The notes under the pieces: model-generated
Databases searched by the model: none
Told to the model about the DNA's origin: nothing
The model's input: the letters and a program-made list of their open reading frames with translations, nothing else
Translations under genes and position numbers: made by a program
Virus record (IMG/VR): IMGVR_UViG_2862611759_000001
Length of the DNA stretch: 64,000 bases
Strand: one strand, 5' to 3'
Source of the DNA: a virus
Taxonomy: Duplodnaviria; Caudoviricetes
In this document: positions 56,838-64,000 of the stretch, piece after piece
Layout: every line of letters starts with the position of its first letter
Numbering within the stretch: the stretch's first letter is position 1

Positions 56838-58250
56838 ATGCCGCGCAAGGGATCGGGCGGATCACAGAACACGACCGGGGCAGGCATGTCCGACGTGCCT
56901 CTCCGGCCCACCGCGCTCCCCCGGAAGGCGGCGACGAACAGCATCATCGCCAACCCCAGGAACCTGCGCGACGGCGACCTGTGGGAGAACGAGAAGCAGA
57001 TGCAGGACATGGTGCACTCGATCCGCACCGTGGGCCTCATCCAGCCGCTGGTCGTCTGCACCCGCGAGGGATACCTCAAAGCTCATCCCGCGGATGAAGA
57101 ACTGGTCGCGGCCGCCGACTTCGTCATCCTGGCCGGCCACCGCCGACACGCTGCCTGCCTCGAAGCTCCCCTCGACACGGTGCGCATCGAGGTCAACGAC
57201 GACCAGATCCCCAACATGGACCTCCTCATGCTGGAGGAGAACCTGAAGCGCAAGGAGCTGACGGTCCTCCAGGAGGCCGAGGGCTACCGTCGCATCGAGG
57301 CCAAGGGCGACAGTCACGCGACGATCGCCGCGAAGGTGGGCAAGTCCAAGTCGACCATCACCAAGCGCCTCGCAATGCTTCGGCTTCCTGACGAAGCCAA
57401 GCGGGCGCTCCTCGACAAGACGCTCACCATCGACAACGCCTACAACCTCTACACCGCCCTCGGCAGGGAAGAGGGCGGGAGCCTGCACCTGCTGCTCACC
57501 GCCAACGAGATCCTCCGCAGCGACCGCACCCAGACCGCCATGGACGCCGTCAACAGGGTCCTGGCCGGTTCTGCCAGAACCGAAGCAGAACCGTCCTCCG
57601 CCACCCCGTCGAACACCAGGCAGCAGACGGCACCCGCTGCGGTGGCGGTTCTGGCAGAACCGGTTCAGGGCCCCACGGGCGTATCTCAGGACGATGCCTC
57701 CGTCCCTCACGCGCGCACCGAACCGGTTCTGCCAGAACCGGAAAGCGGCTCCGAGGACAGCGAGGCCCGCGAGCTCGTGCCCGCCGCCGAGGCCCCGCCC
57801 GCTGGGCAGCCTGAGCACGACGGATCGCCCGCCGAAGAAGTCAACGAGGTCCGGCAGCATGCGCTCGCGGCCGCGAGGCGCAACGAGTACTGCAAGGAGC
57901 ACGTGGCCGCCTACACCAACCCGGTCGTCGACTCCCACAGCAGCCGGGTGGCCGAGATGGCTGTCCGGCAAGCCTCACCCGCTGCCATCGCCCGCGCCCA
58001 CAAGTGGCTCAAGGAGCACGACGCGGACGCCGCCGGCGTTGGCGAGACCAGCTACCGCGACATGGTCCTCATGCTGGGCGAGCCTGCCCTTTCCCGGTTC
58101 GCCTACGCCGTTGCCCTGGGCGAGGCAGAGAACCGAGCTTCCGACCGCCGCCGACGCATCTGGGACTCCAGGGACGTCGCCTACCTGCAGCACCTGGTCG
58201 ACGTCGGCTACGAGCCGACGTCCTGGGAGAAGCAGCACCTCAGCCGATGA
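56838..58250 (+). CDS. parB: ParB/RepB/Spo0J partition protein
   Basis: NPRNLR, SIRTVGLIQPL, ILAGHRRHAA, ENLKRKEL and HTH SHATIAAKVGKSKSTITKRL. Confidence 0.92.
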   Translation: MPRKGSGGSQNTTGAGMSDVPLRPTALPRKAATNSIIANPRNLRDGDLWENEKQMQDMVHSIRTVGLIQPLVVCTREGYLKAHPADEELVAAADFVILAGHRRHAACLEAPLDTVRIEVNDDQIPNMDLLMLEENLKRKELTVLQEAEGYRRIEAKGDSHATIAAKVGKSKSTITKRLAMLRLPDEAKRALLDKTLTIDNAYNLYTALGREEGGSLHLLLTANEILRSDRTQTAMDAVNRVLAGSARTEAEPSSATPSNTRQQTAPAAVAVLAEPVQGPTGVSQDDASVPHARTEPVLPEPESGSEDSEARELVPAAEAPPAGQPEHDGSPAEEVNEVRQHALAAARRNEYCKEHVAAYTNPVVDSHSSRVAEMAVRQASPAAIARAHKWLKEHDADAAGVGETSYRDMVLMLGEPALSRFAYAVALGEAENRASDRRRRIWDSRDVAYLQHLVDVGYEPTSWEKQHLSR

Positions 58251-58273
58251 CGCGCCCCCGCCCTGGAGCCTCC

Positions 58274-59161
58274 ATGAACCCCACTTACCTGCCCCCGAAG
58301 TACGCCCCTCATCTACAGATCCCGGTCTTCCTCGTGATGAACCGGGCCGGCTCCGTCGGCAAGACGAGTGTCGCCAACAGCGTCTTCACGCTCGCTGCCC
58401 TCCGAGGCTGGACAGGCCTCATCATCGACGCCGACCTGCAGAGCGACATGTCCTTCTGGTTCGGCTACGACGGCGACATGGTGCCGGAGGACACTCCGAC
58501 GATCCACGACCTGATGCTCGGCAGCGCCACTCTCGAAGCCGTGACGGTGCCCGCGCGCACTCGGATCGCGGCCGGACAAGGCGACGACGCCTTCCAGGAG
58601 ATCCCCGGCCTCGACCTCGTCCGCGGCGACATCAAGATGAAGCAGGCAGACGGCGAGCTCGTCAGCGCCAAGGACGCTCTCGCGGTGTTCTGGCTGCAGA
58701 ACGTCATCCGCAAGCAGGTCCCCCAGGGCAAGTACGACTTCATCGTCATCGACGCGCCGGCGTCCTACGGGCGCCTGTCCGAGTCGCTGCTCGTGGCCGC
58801 CACGGACGTCATCACGATGATGAAGCCGATGCGGAAGGAGCTCCGTGGCGCCGCGGCGCTTGCCAAGGAGATCGTCTCGCTCAACGACGACTACGACAGG
58901 CACGACGTACGGGTCTCGCCGACCTGGTACTGCATCAACGACGCCAAGGTCGCCAGCCAGGGCCACTTCTTCAGCAACATTCAGGACGAGGCCCGTGAGA
59001 TCTACGGCGATCGACTCCTTCCCGAGCTGAAGAACGCGGTCATCGTCGCCGAGGCGTACGACGCTCAAGAGCCGCTGCCGATCTGGGCGCCGAAATCCGA
59101 GTCGATGAAGACCATCGGCCTCATCGCGGACCAGCTGGGCTTCCCCGAGAAGAGGGCGTAG
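58274..59161 (+). CDS. parA: ParA-family partition ATPase
   Basis: NRAGSVGKTS, IIDADLQ, YDFIVIDAPAS and LLVAATDVI motifs. Confidence 0.9.
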   Translation: MNPTYLPPKYAPHLQIPVFLVMNRAGSVGKTSVANSVFTLAALRGWTGLIIDADLQSDMSFWFGYDGDMVPEDTPTIHDLMLGSATLEAVTVPARTRIAAGQGDDAFQEIPGLDLVRGDIKMKQADGELVSAKDALAVFWLQNVIRKQVPQGKYDFIVIDAPASYGRLSESLLVAATDVITMMKPMRKELRGAAALAKEIVSLNDDYDRHDVRVSPTWYCINDAKVASQGHFFSNIQDEAREIYGDRLLPELKNAVIVAEAYDAQEPLPIWAPKSESMKTIGLIADQLGFPEKRA

Positions 59162-59731
59162 CCGGTTCTGGCAGAACCGGTCCGTCGCATGCAGCCGGCC
59201 GGTTCTCCGGAAGCGTGTGAGCCGCTGGCCTCGAGCACTGCCAACGTCGTCTGGTCGGTTCTGGCAGAACCGACCAGACGACGCGCTGTTGGTCCGTCGC
59301 AACACATCGCCCCGCAGCCCAGCACTGGATGCCGGTTCTGGCAGAACCGGGGTACCGCCCTGGCGAGGCGTCTGGCTACAATCGCCGTCATCTGACGGGC
59401 GTGCCCCGTGAGGTCTCTGAGCCCCTGTGGGCTGGGTCGTTGTCGGCAAAACTCCGTCCCTTCCTGCAGGGGCTTCTTCATGGCCGGAACACGGCGGCCA
59501 CAGAAACCGACCATTTTCGGCCCAGCGCAGAGCGGTCTGGCGCAAAATGTGTGGTTTGTTTGTGGAGGGTGACGTCAAAAACAGACCGCGCCTCCCCACG
59601 ACGGGCGTTTTGGTGCGACAGTGGCGTACCTGGGGCGGGCGGCAGCCGCCCCGGCCCGACGGATCTGGCCAAGGGGAGTGCCAGGGTCGTCGGAACCCTT
59701 CCCGGACTGCCCCCGGAGCGGAGACGCCCCA

Positions 59732-60076
59732 ATGCCCTCAGCAGAGCACGCCCCCGTGCCCCAGCCGGCCGTCCTTGCCCGGCCCGGCACAGGAAACGTG
59801 ATCCCGCTTGCCGACCGCCGGTGCCCGCAGCGCGCAGCGGAGCGTGCCGCCCGCGCCGACCCGAAGTCCGAGCTCGCCTACACCGTTCAGGCCATGCTCC
59901 TTGCCCGGGGCCAGAGTCTCACCGACCCCGCGACCGCTGAGACCTTCGACGCCACGATGGGTGCCGTCCTCCTCATGGTCGACGGCGCGCGCGCCCAGGC
60001 GCTCATGGACGACAGCGGCTGGCACGCCCTGCGCGCGATGTTCGAGGAGATGAGGCAGGCCCCGACGCTCGTCTGA
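59732..60076 (+). CDS. Hypothetical protein
   Basis: GGAG RBS; NVIPL motif. Confidence 0.65.
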   Translation: MPSAEHAPVPQPAVLARPGTGNVIPLADRRCPQRAAERAARADPKSELAYTVQAMLLARGQSLTDPATAETFDATMGAVLLMVDGARAQALMDDSGWHALRAMFEEMRQAPTLV

Positions 60077-60283
60077 GCCGGTGCGGCTAGGGTCGTGCCG
60101 CACCCGGCGGCCCGTTGCTGCCTGTTGATCTTTCTGTACGGTCAGTTCACCACGGGCCCCATCTGTGCCACGATGGGGCGTCCGGAACACCCGGAGTGAC
60201 AGACTCCGGCCCCGGGCGCGCGTCCCTGGCACTCACCGTCACGCACCGCGCCCTGACGGGGCCGCACAGCGGACGGGGAGACG

Positions 60284-60823
60284 ATGACCGCAGGGGACGA
60301 CACCACGACGCCAGCAGCACGACTCCGGCTCCTGCAGGCCGAGTTCCTCCAGCCCGGCCCGGGCGAGCGTGCCGAGCGCGTCACCACCAGCACGACGCCG
60401 GCGGCGCCGATCCGGCTCAGCGTCTACGAGCACATCCGCGCCAGCGTCGAGGAGGCCGCCGAGCACACCCGCGCCGCGGCCCCCGACGCGGCCCCCAGGC
60501 CCCGTGGACTTGACGAACTGTACGGCTGGATGGTCGCGGAAACTGCGCACCTGGACGCCGAGCGGCAGCAGGCCCGCGACGCCCTGATCTACCGGCAGGG
60601 CCTGGAGCACGCGATCCTCATGGGCGAGGAGTCCGTCATCCGTCGGCACGCCTGCCCCGGCTGTGCCACCTGGAGCCTGTTCTGGCGGCCCGAGCGCCGC
60701 GCCGCTGTCTGCGTGAATCGTTACTGCGCCGACGACGACGGCGTGTCGACGTACTGGACGCTCGCCCAGATCGCCAAGGAGTACATCGCCCGGCAGGCGG
60801 TCTCCGCCCGCCGTGCAACCTGA
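60284..60823 (+). CDS. Hypothetical protein with CxxC...CxxxxC (possible transcription regulator)
   Basis: RBS GGGGAG; CPGC and CVNRYC motifs. Confidence 0.7.
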   Translation: MTAGDDTTTPAARLRLLQAEFLQPGPGERAERVTTSTTPAAPIRLSVYEHIRASVEEAAEHTRAAAPDAAPRPRGLDELYGWMVAETAHLDAERQQARDALIYRQGLEHAILMGEESVIRRHACPGCATWSLFWRPERRAAVCVNRYCADDDGVSTYWTLAQIAKEYIARQAVSARRAT

Positions 60824-60962
60824 TGGCCCTCTCGCGGGTCTAACCTGCATCCTCTGTCCGTCCTCATCACCGTGGCCGCCTAAGCCGGCCGCGCTCAACC
60901 GTTTAACCCGCATACCGGCCGCCGGAGCTGCGAACGATGGCCGCCGATACTCGGGAGCCCCA

Positions 60963-61196
60963 GTGGCCAGCACCATCGCCCAGCCCACCCTGCCCAAGCT
61001 CGACCTGGTGACGTACAAGGAGGCCAAGGCGCTGTTCGCCGAGACTGGTCATGCCGTCTCGGAGAGCACGATGCGCCGATGGATGAAGGAGGGCGGCCGC
61101 GTCACCGTGAGGATGGCCGGCGGCGTCTACGTCTCGTTCTCTGACCTTCTCGTCGCCCACGGGGACTGGGTGGCCGCCGCCGCGACCATCCCCTGA
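60963..61196 (+). CDS. Small HTH DNA-binding protein
   Basis: LVTYKEAKALF...VSESTMRRW; GGGAG RBS. Confidence 0.65.
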   Translation: MASTIAQPTLPKLDLVTYKEAKALFAETGHAVSESTMRRWMKEGGRVTVRMAGGVYVSFSDLLVAHGDWVAAAATIP

Positions 61197-61213
61197 CCCT
61201 CCACCGCCTGCTC

Positions 61214-61246
61214 GCCCCGCCCCGCTTCCCGGGGGCGGGGCTTTTT
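61214..61246 (+). terminator. Rho-independent terminator
   Basis: GCCCCGCCCC-N8-GGGGCGGGGC-TTTTT. Confidence 0.8.
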
Positions 61247-61259
61247 GCTGCCCCCACAC

Positions 61260-61295
61260 AGCCATAACCTATTGCTCGTGCCATAGGTTATGGCT
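61260..61295. promoter_or_regulatory. Palindromic operator copy 4
   Basis: CCATAACCTATTG-CTCGTG-CCATAGGTTATGG (61262-61293), right after a terminator. Confidence 0.8.
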
Positions 61296-61367
61296 TATGG
61301 TGGTGGAGCCGACAACGCACCAGCCCAGCAACGGGCAGGTGGGAGTTCCCAGTTCAGGAGCGCAGCG

Positions 61368-61712
61368 ATGAGCGTCATAAGCCCCGCCCGCCCGACCAGC
61401 CAGACCGCCGACTACGGCGAGCTCGGCCCCCACACCAAGGCCCTCCTCGACCACGCCCTGGAGCAGGCCGACAACACCGTCGACAACGCCGAGTTCCGCA
61501 TCCTCATGGAGACGGCCGCCAGCCTCGCCAAGCTCGACATCCCGCGCGGCCACGACATCGCCAAGTGCGCCTGCCCCGACTGCCACTGCGGCGCCCTCTT
61601 CGACACCGCCGCCCCCGGCCTCCGCACGGTGGAGGACTCCAACGGCTACAACCTGCCGCTCCTCCAGTGCGCCCGCTGCGCCGACGAGCACCCCGTCCCC
61701 GACGAGGACTGA
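61368..61712 (+). CDS. Cys-rich hypothetical protein
   Basis: AGGAG RBS; CACPDCHC and CARC motifs. Confidence 0.7.
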   Translation: MSVISPARPTSQTADYGELGPHTKALLDHALEQADNTVDNAEFRILMETAASLAKLDIPRGHDIAKCACPDCHCGALFDTAAPGLRTVEDSNGYNLPLLQCARCADEHPVPDED

Positions 61713-61810
61713 CCCCCAGCACCGGTCCGGCCGCCAGGTCGAGGAACCCGCTCCCTGGCGGCCGGACCGGACCAACCACAGACCCACCCCGAACGCACCG
61801 GGAGACACCC

Positions 61811-62245
61811 ATGTCCGAGACCGCCCGCCTCCTCCGCGCCGCCCAGCAGGTCCTGCACGAGCACGGCCTCCTCGACTCCGACCTCGGCAACTTCGCCGAC
61901 CCCGATGGACGCCTCGACATCGTCGCCGCCATCTACCGCGCCGCCACCGGCACCACCCCGGACTGCTTCATCAACGCCCCCAAGATCGCCCGGCAGCTCA
62001 TCGACGCGAACGAGTTGGTCACGGACGCCATCCGCTGGGTCTCCGCCGTCCTGCCGACCTACCCCTCGCACGACCAGGGCACTGGCATCGACGACCACAT
62101 CGAGCACCTCGCCTTCTGGGTCCTCGAACCCGACTTCTTCCTTGACCGCTGCCCCAACACCTCCGACGCCATCGGCGTCCTGGGCCGGGCCGCGCAGACC
62201 GCTGACGCGTGCACCGACATCCCCGACCTGCGCCCCGCCGCCTGA
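61811..62245 (+). CDS. DUF6197-like hypothetical protein
   Basis: LLRAAQQVLHEHGL...LDIVAAIYRAATG...W...AIGVLGRAA. Confidence 0.65.
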   Translation: MSETARLLRAAQQVLHEHGLLDSDLGNFADPDGRLDIVAAIYRAATGTTPDCFINAPKIARQLIDANELVTDAIRWVSAVLPTYPSHDQGTGIDDHIEHLAFWVLEPDFFLDRCPNTSDAIGVLGRAAQTADACTDIPDLRPAA

Positions 62246-62316
62246 CCACCCGTCCACCGCACGCCGGGGGCCCGCCCGCCCCCGCCCCCGGCGCCCGCCC
62301 AGAACGGAGTTCCGCC

Positions 62317-62583
62317 ATGAGCCTCATGACCCTCACCACGAGCATCACCGGCGGCCACGACCCCGACCTCTACGCCGGCCGCGCCGACGCCTACGACGAG
62401 CACGCCCAGGGCGCCACCCTCACCGAACTCGCCCACCGCGCCGCCGTCATCGCCGACCTCCACCCCTCCACCGGCTACGCCCTCGGCTACGCCGACCGCG
62501 TCTTGGAGATCCGCCGCGAGGAGCAGGGTCACGTCGCCGTCGAGACCGAGAACGCCCACACCGAGCGCCCCCGCCCCCAGTAG
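62317..62583 (+). CDS. Hypothetical protein
   Basis: GGAG RBS; YAGRADAYDE motif. Confidence 0.65.
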   Translation: MSLMTLTTSITGGHDPDLYAGRADAYDEHAQGATLTELAHRAAVIADLHPSTGYALGYADRVLEIRREEQGHVAVETENAHTERPRPQ

Positions 62584-62605
62584 CCCACGCCCCGAGGACA
62601 CAGCC

Positions 62606-63013
62606 ATGGCGCACAACCTGCGCATCGACCCGACCACGCCCGAAGGCGAAGCGATCGTCACCCTGTTCAACCTCATCCAGGCCGACGAGGAGGAGGACGG
62701 GACATGGAATGCCGTCGACGCCGTCGACACCCTCTGCCGCTGGTTCCGCGAGCGGGGCATCGACATCGACGCCGGCCCGATCGAACCCCACGCGACCGGT
62801 CCCGAACCGCTCATCGTGTCCCGCTTCGACATCGCCATGGAGCCCGCGCCCGAGGAGGACCCGGTCCTCACCATCGGCGCCATCGCTGACAACGCACAGC
62901 CCGTGGCGCTGCTCTTCGACCGCGAGGACCGCGTCAAGGTCGCCCACTGGCTCCTCGGCGGAGAGCAGGACGACATCCGGATCCGGCGTACCCGCCACGC
63001 GGAGCGCTCGTGA
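62606..63013 (+). CDS. Hypothetical protein
   Basis: GAGGA RBS; GTWNAVDAVDTLCRWF. Confidence 0.7.
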   Translation: MAHNLRIDPTTPEGEAIVTLFNLIQADEEEDGTWNAVDAVDTLCRWFRERGIDIDAGPIEPHATGPEPLIVSRFDIAMEPAPEEDPVLTIGAIADNAQPVALLFDREDRVKVAHWLLGGEQDDIRIRRTRHAERS

Positions 63014-63138
63014 CCGGGCCCGCCGCCATCGCCATCGTCCTCGGCCTCATCGCCGCCGCCCTGGTCGCGCTCTCCCAGCACGGCCTCGGCACCCGCACTC
63101 TCCCGCCCCAGGACCCTCCGGACGGAGACCAGCCGTGA
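63010..63138 (+). CDS. Small single-TM peptide
   Basis: Coupled GTGA at both ends; AIAIVLGLIAAALVAL. Confidence 0.5.
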   Translation: MTGPAAIAIVLGLIAAALVALSQHGLGTRTLPPQDPPDGDQP

Positions 63139-63611
63139 CCACCAGCACCCACGCCGCCCCCGCGCCGATACCCGTCCGCCCCCACCCCGCCGCCGACCAC
63201 CGGCCGTTCATCACCGAGGCGCAGACGGCCGCGTACACCGCCGCCCTCCGCGCCGGAGTCACCCGCCTCACCATCACCGGCTGGGAGCAGCAGGCCGACG
63301 GCTCCCTCCTCCAGATCCTCCCCACCGGCGCCGCCCTCGCCTACAGCCCCGGCACCCCCCTCACCGCACTCACCCCCTGCGCGGCCGGCGTACGGCACCC
63401 GCACCCCGTCGCCACCCTCGCCGACCTCCGCAACGCCCAGGCCGACGCCGCCGCCTGCACCTCGGCCCACCGGCCGCCCACACGGCCCGAGCCGACGCCC
63501 GCCGTCCGGCCCCTCGCCGACGCCTTCCCCCACGGCCCCGGCGCGGACACCCAGCCCCTCGACGTCACCACCCTCCGCGCCGACCACGCCCAGGAGCACT
63601 CCCATGGCTGA
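63135..63611 (+). CDS. Hypothetical protein
   Basis: Coupled start; overlaps the next gene start. Confidence 0.6.
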   Translation: MTTSTHAAPAPIPVRPHPAADHRPFITEAQTAAYTAALRAGVTRLTITGWEQQADGSLLQILPTGAALAYSPGTPLTALTPCAAGVRHPHPVATLADLRNAQADAAACTSAHRPPTRPEPTPAVRPLADAFPHGPGADTQPLDVTTLRADHAQEHSHG

Positions 63612-64000
63612 CACCACCACCATCGAGTGGACCGACCGCACCTGGAACCCGACGACGGGCTGCACCCAGATCTCGGCCGGCTGCGACCACTGCTACGCCA
63701 AGACCATCGCCGAGCGCTTCCGCGGCACCGCCGCTTTCCCCCACGGATTCGACGTCCGCATCCGCGACGAGAAGGTCAACGCCCCGCTCTCCTGGCGGCG
63801 CCCGGCGAAGGTCTTCGTCAACTCCATGTCGGACCTGTTCCACCAGGACGTCGACGAGGCCTGGATCGCGAACATCGTTGCCGTCATGGCCGCCGCCCGC
63901 CGCCACACCTTCCAGCTCCTCACCAAGCGGCACGCCCGCATGCGGTCCCTGTTCACCGACCCGAACTTCACCGCCCAGGTGTGTACGCTCGCCCGCGGCA
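63604..64000 (+). CDS. DUF5131 (phage Gp37/Gp68, radical-SAM-like) protein, truncated by window end
   Basis: MADTTTIEWTDRTWNPTTGCTQISAGCDHCYA...FVNSMSDLFH...HTFQLLTKR. Confidence 0.9.
   Translation, partial: MADTTTIEWTDRTWNPTTGCTQISAGCDHCYAKTIAERFRGTAAFPHGFDVRIRDEKVNAPLSWRRPAKVFVNSMSDLFHQDVDEAWIANIVAVMAAARRHTFQLLTKRHARMRSLFTDPNFTAQVCTLARG

Larger units (their letters stand above)
56684..59349. repeat. parS-like 17-bp palindrome CGGTTCTG(C/G)CAGAACCG, eight copies here (ninth at 52298)
   Basis: Copies at 56684, 56782 (one mismatch), 57566, 57646, 57724, 59163, 59256 and 59333. Confidence 0.85.
253..64000. mobile_element. Integrated conjugative phage-plasmid / prophage (right end outside window)
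   Basis: Contiguous phage structural and lysis genes, TraB/Spd/Kor transfer genes and Rep/ParAB genes; no host housekeeping gene after murB. Confidence 0.9.

Noticed and set aside
57566-59349. Palindromic repeats at about 80-bp spacing as a CRISPR array
   Set aside because: Repeats are only 17 bp, occur in groups of three, partly inside a coding frame, and no cas genes are present
59350-59730. Possible tRNA or ncRNA in the intergenic gap after parA
   Set aside because: No cloverleaf, T-loop or CCA end recognised; probably promoter DNA

Overview
A high-GC actinobacterial (Streptomyces-like) window. Bases 1-252 hold the 5' end of the host gene murB on the minus strand. Everything from about 253 to beyond 64000 is one integrated mobile element that combines three modules. 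(1) A Streptomyces-type conjugation and spread module: GntR/KorSA-like repressor, DUF2637 Spd-like protein and TraB FtsK/SpoIIIE translocase. (2) A complete siphovirus morphogenesis and lysis module: terminase, portal, scaffold, decoration, capsid, tail tube, frameshifted chaperone, tape measure, minor tail proteins, amidase and holin. (3) A plasmid maintenance module: RepA-like protein with DnaA boxes, a DciA-like protein, ParB-ParA and a tyrosine recombinase pair. It is best read as a conjugative phage-plasmid related in plan to pZL12, here integrated so that it appears to supply murB with a new promoter and N-terminus. Several unannotated cis-element families are visible: nine copies of a 17-bp parS-like palindrome, four copies of a 32-bp operator, three copies of a covarying two-hairpin motif before late genes, three GCCGACAAC hairpin loops, polarised CCGAAGC repeats (candidate clt) and a dif/lox-like site. 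There are also two antisense small membrane-peptide genes and a HEPN-like cargo gene. Protein family calls come from motif recognition by eye; no database search was run.
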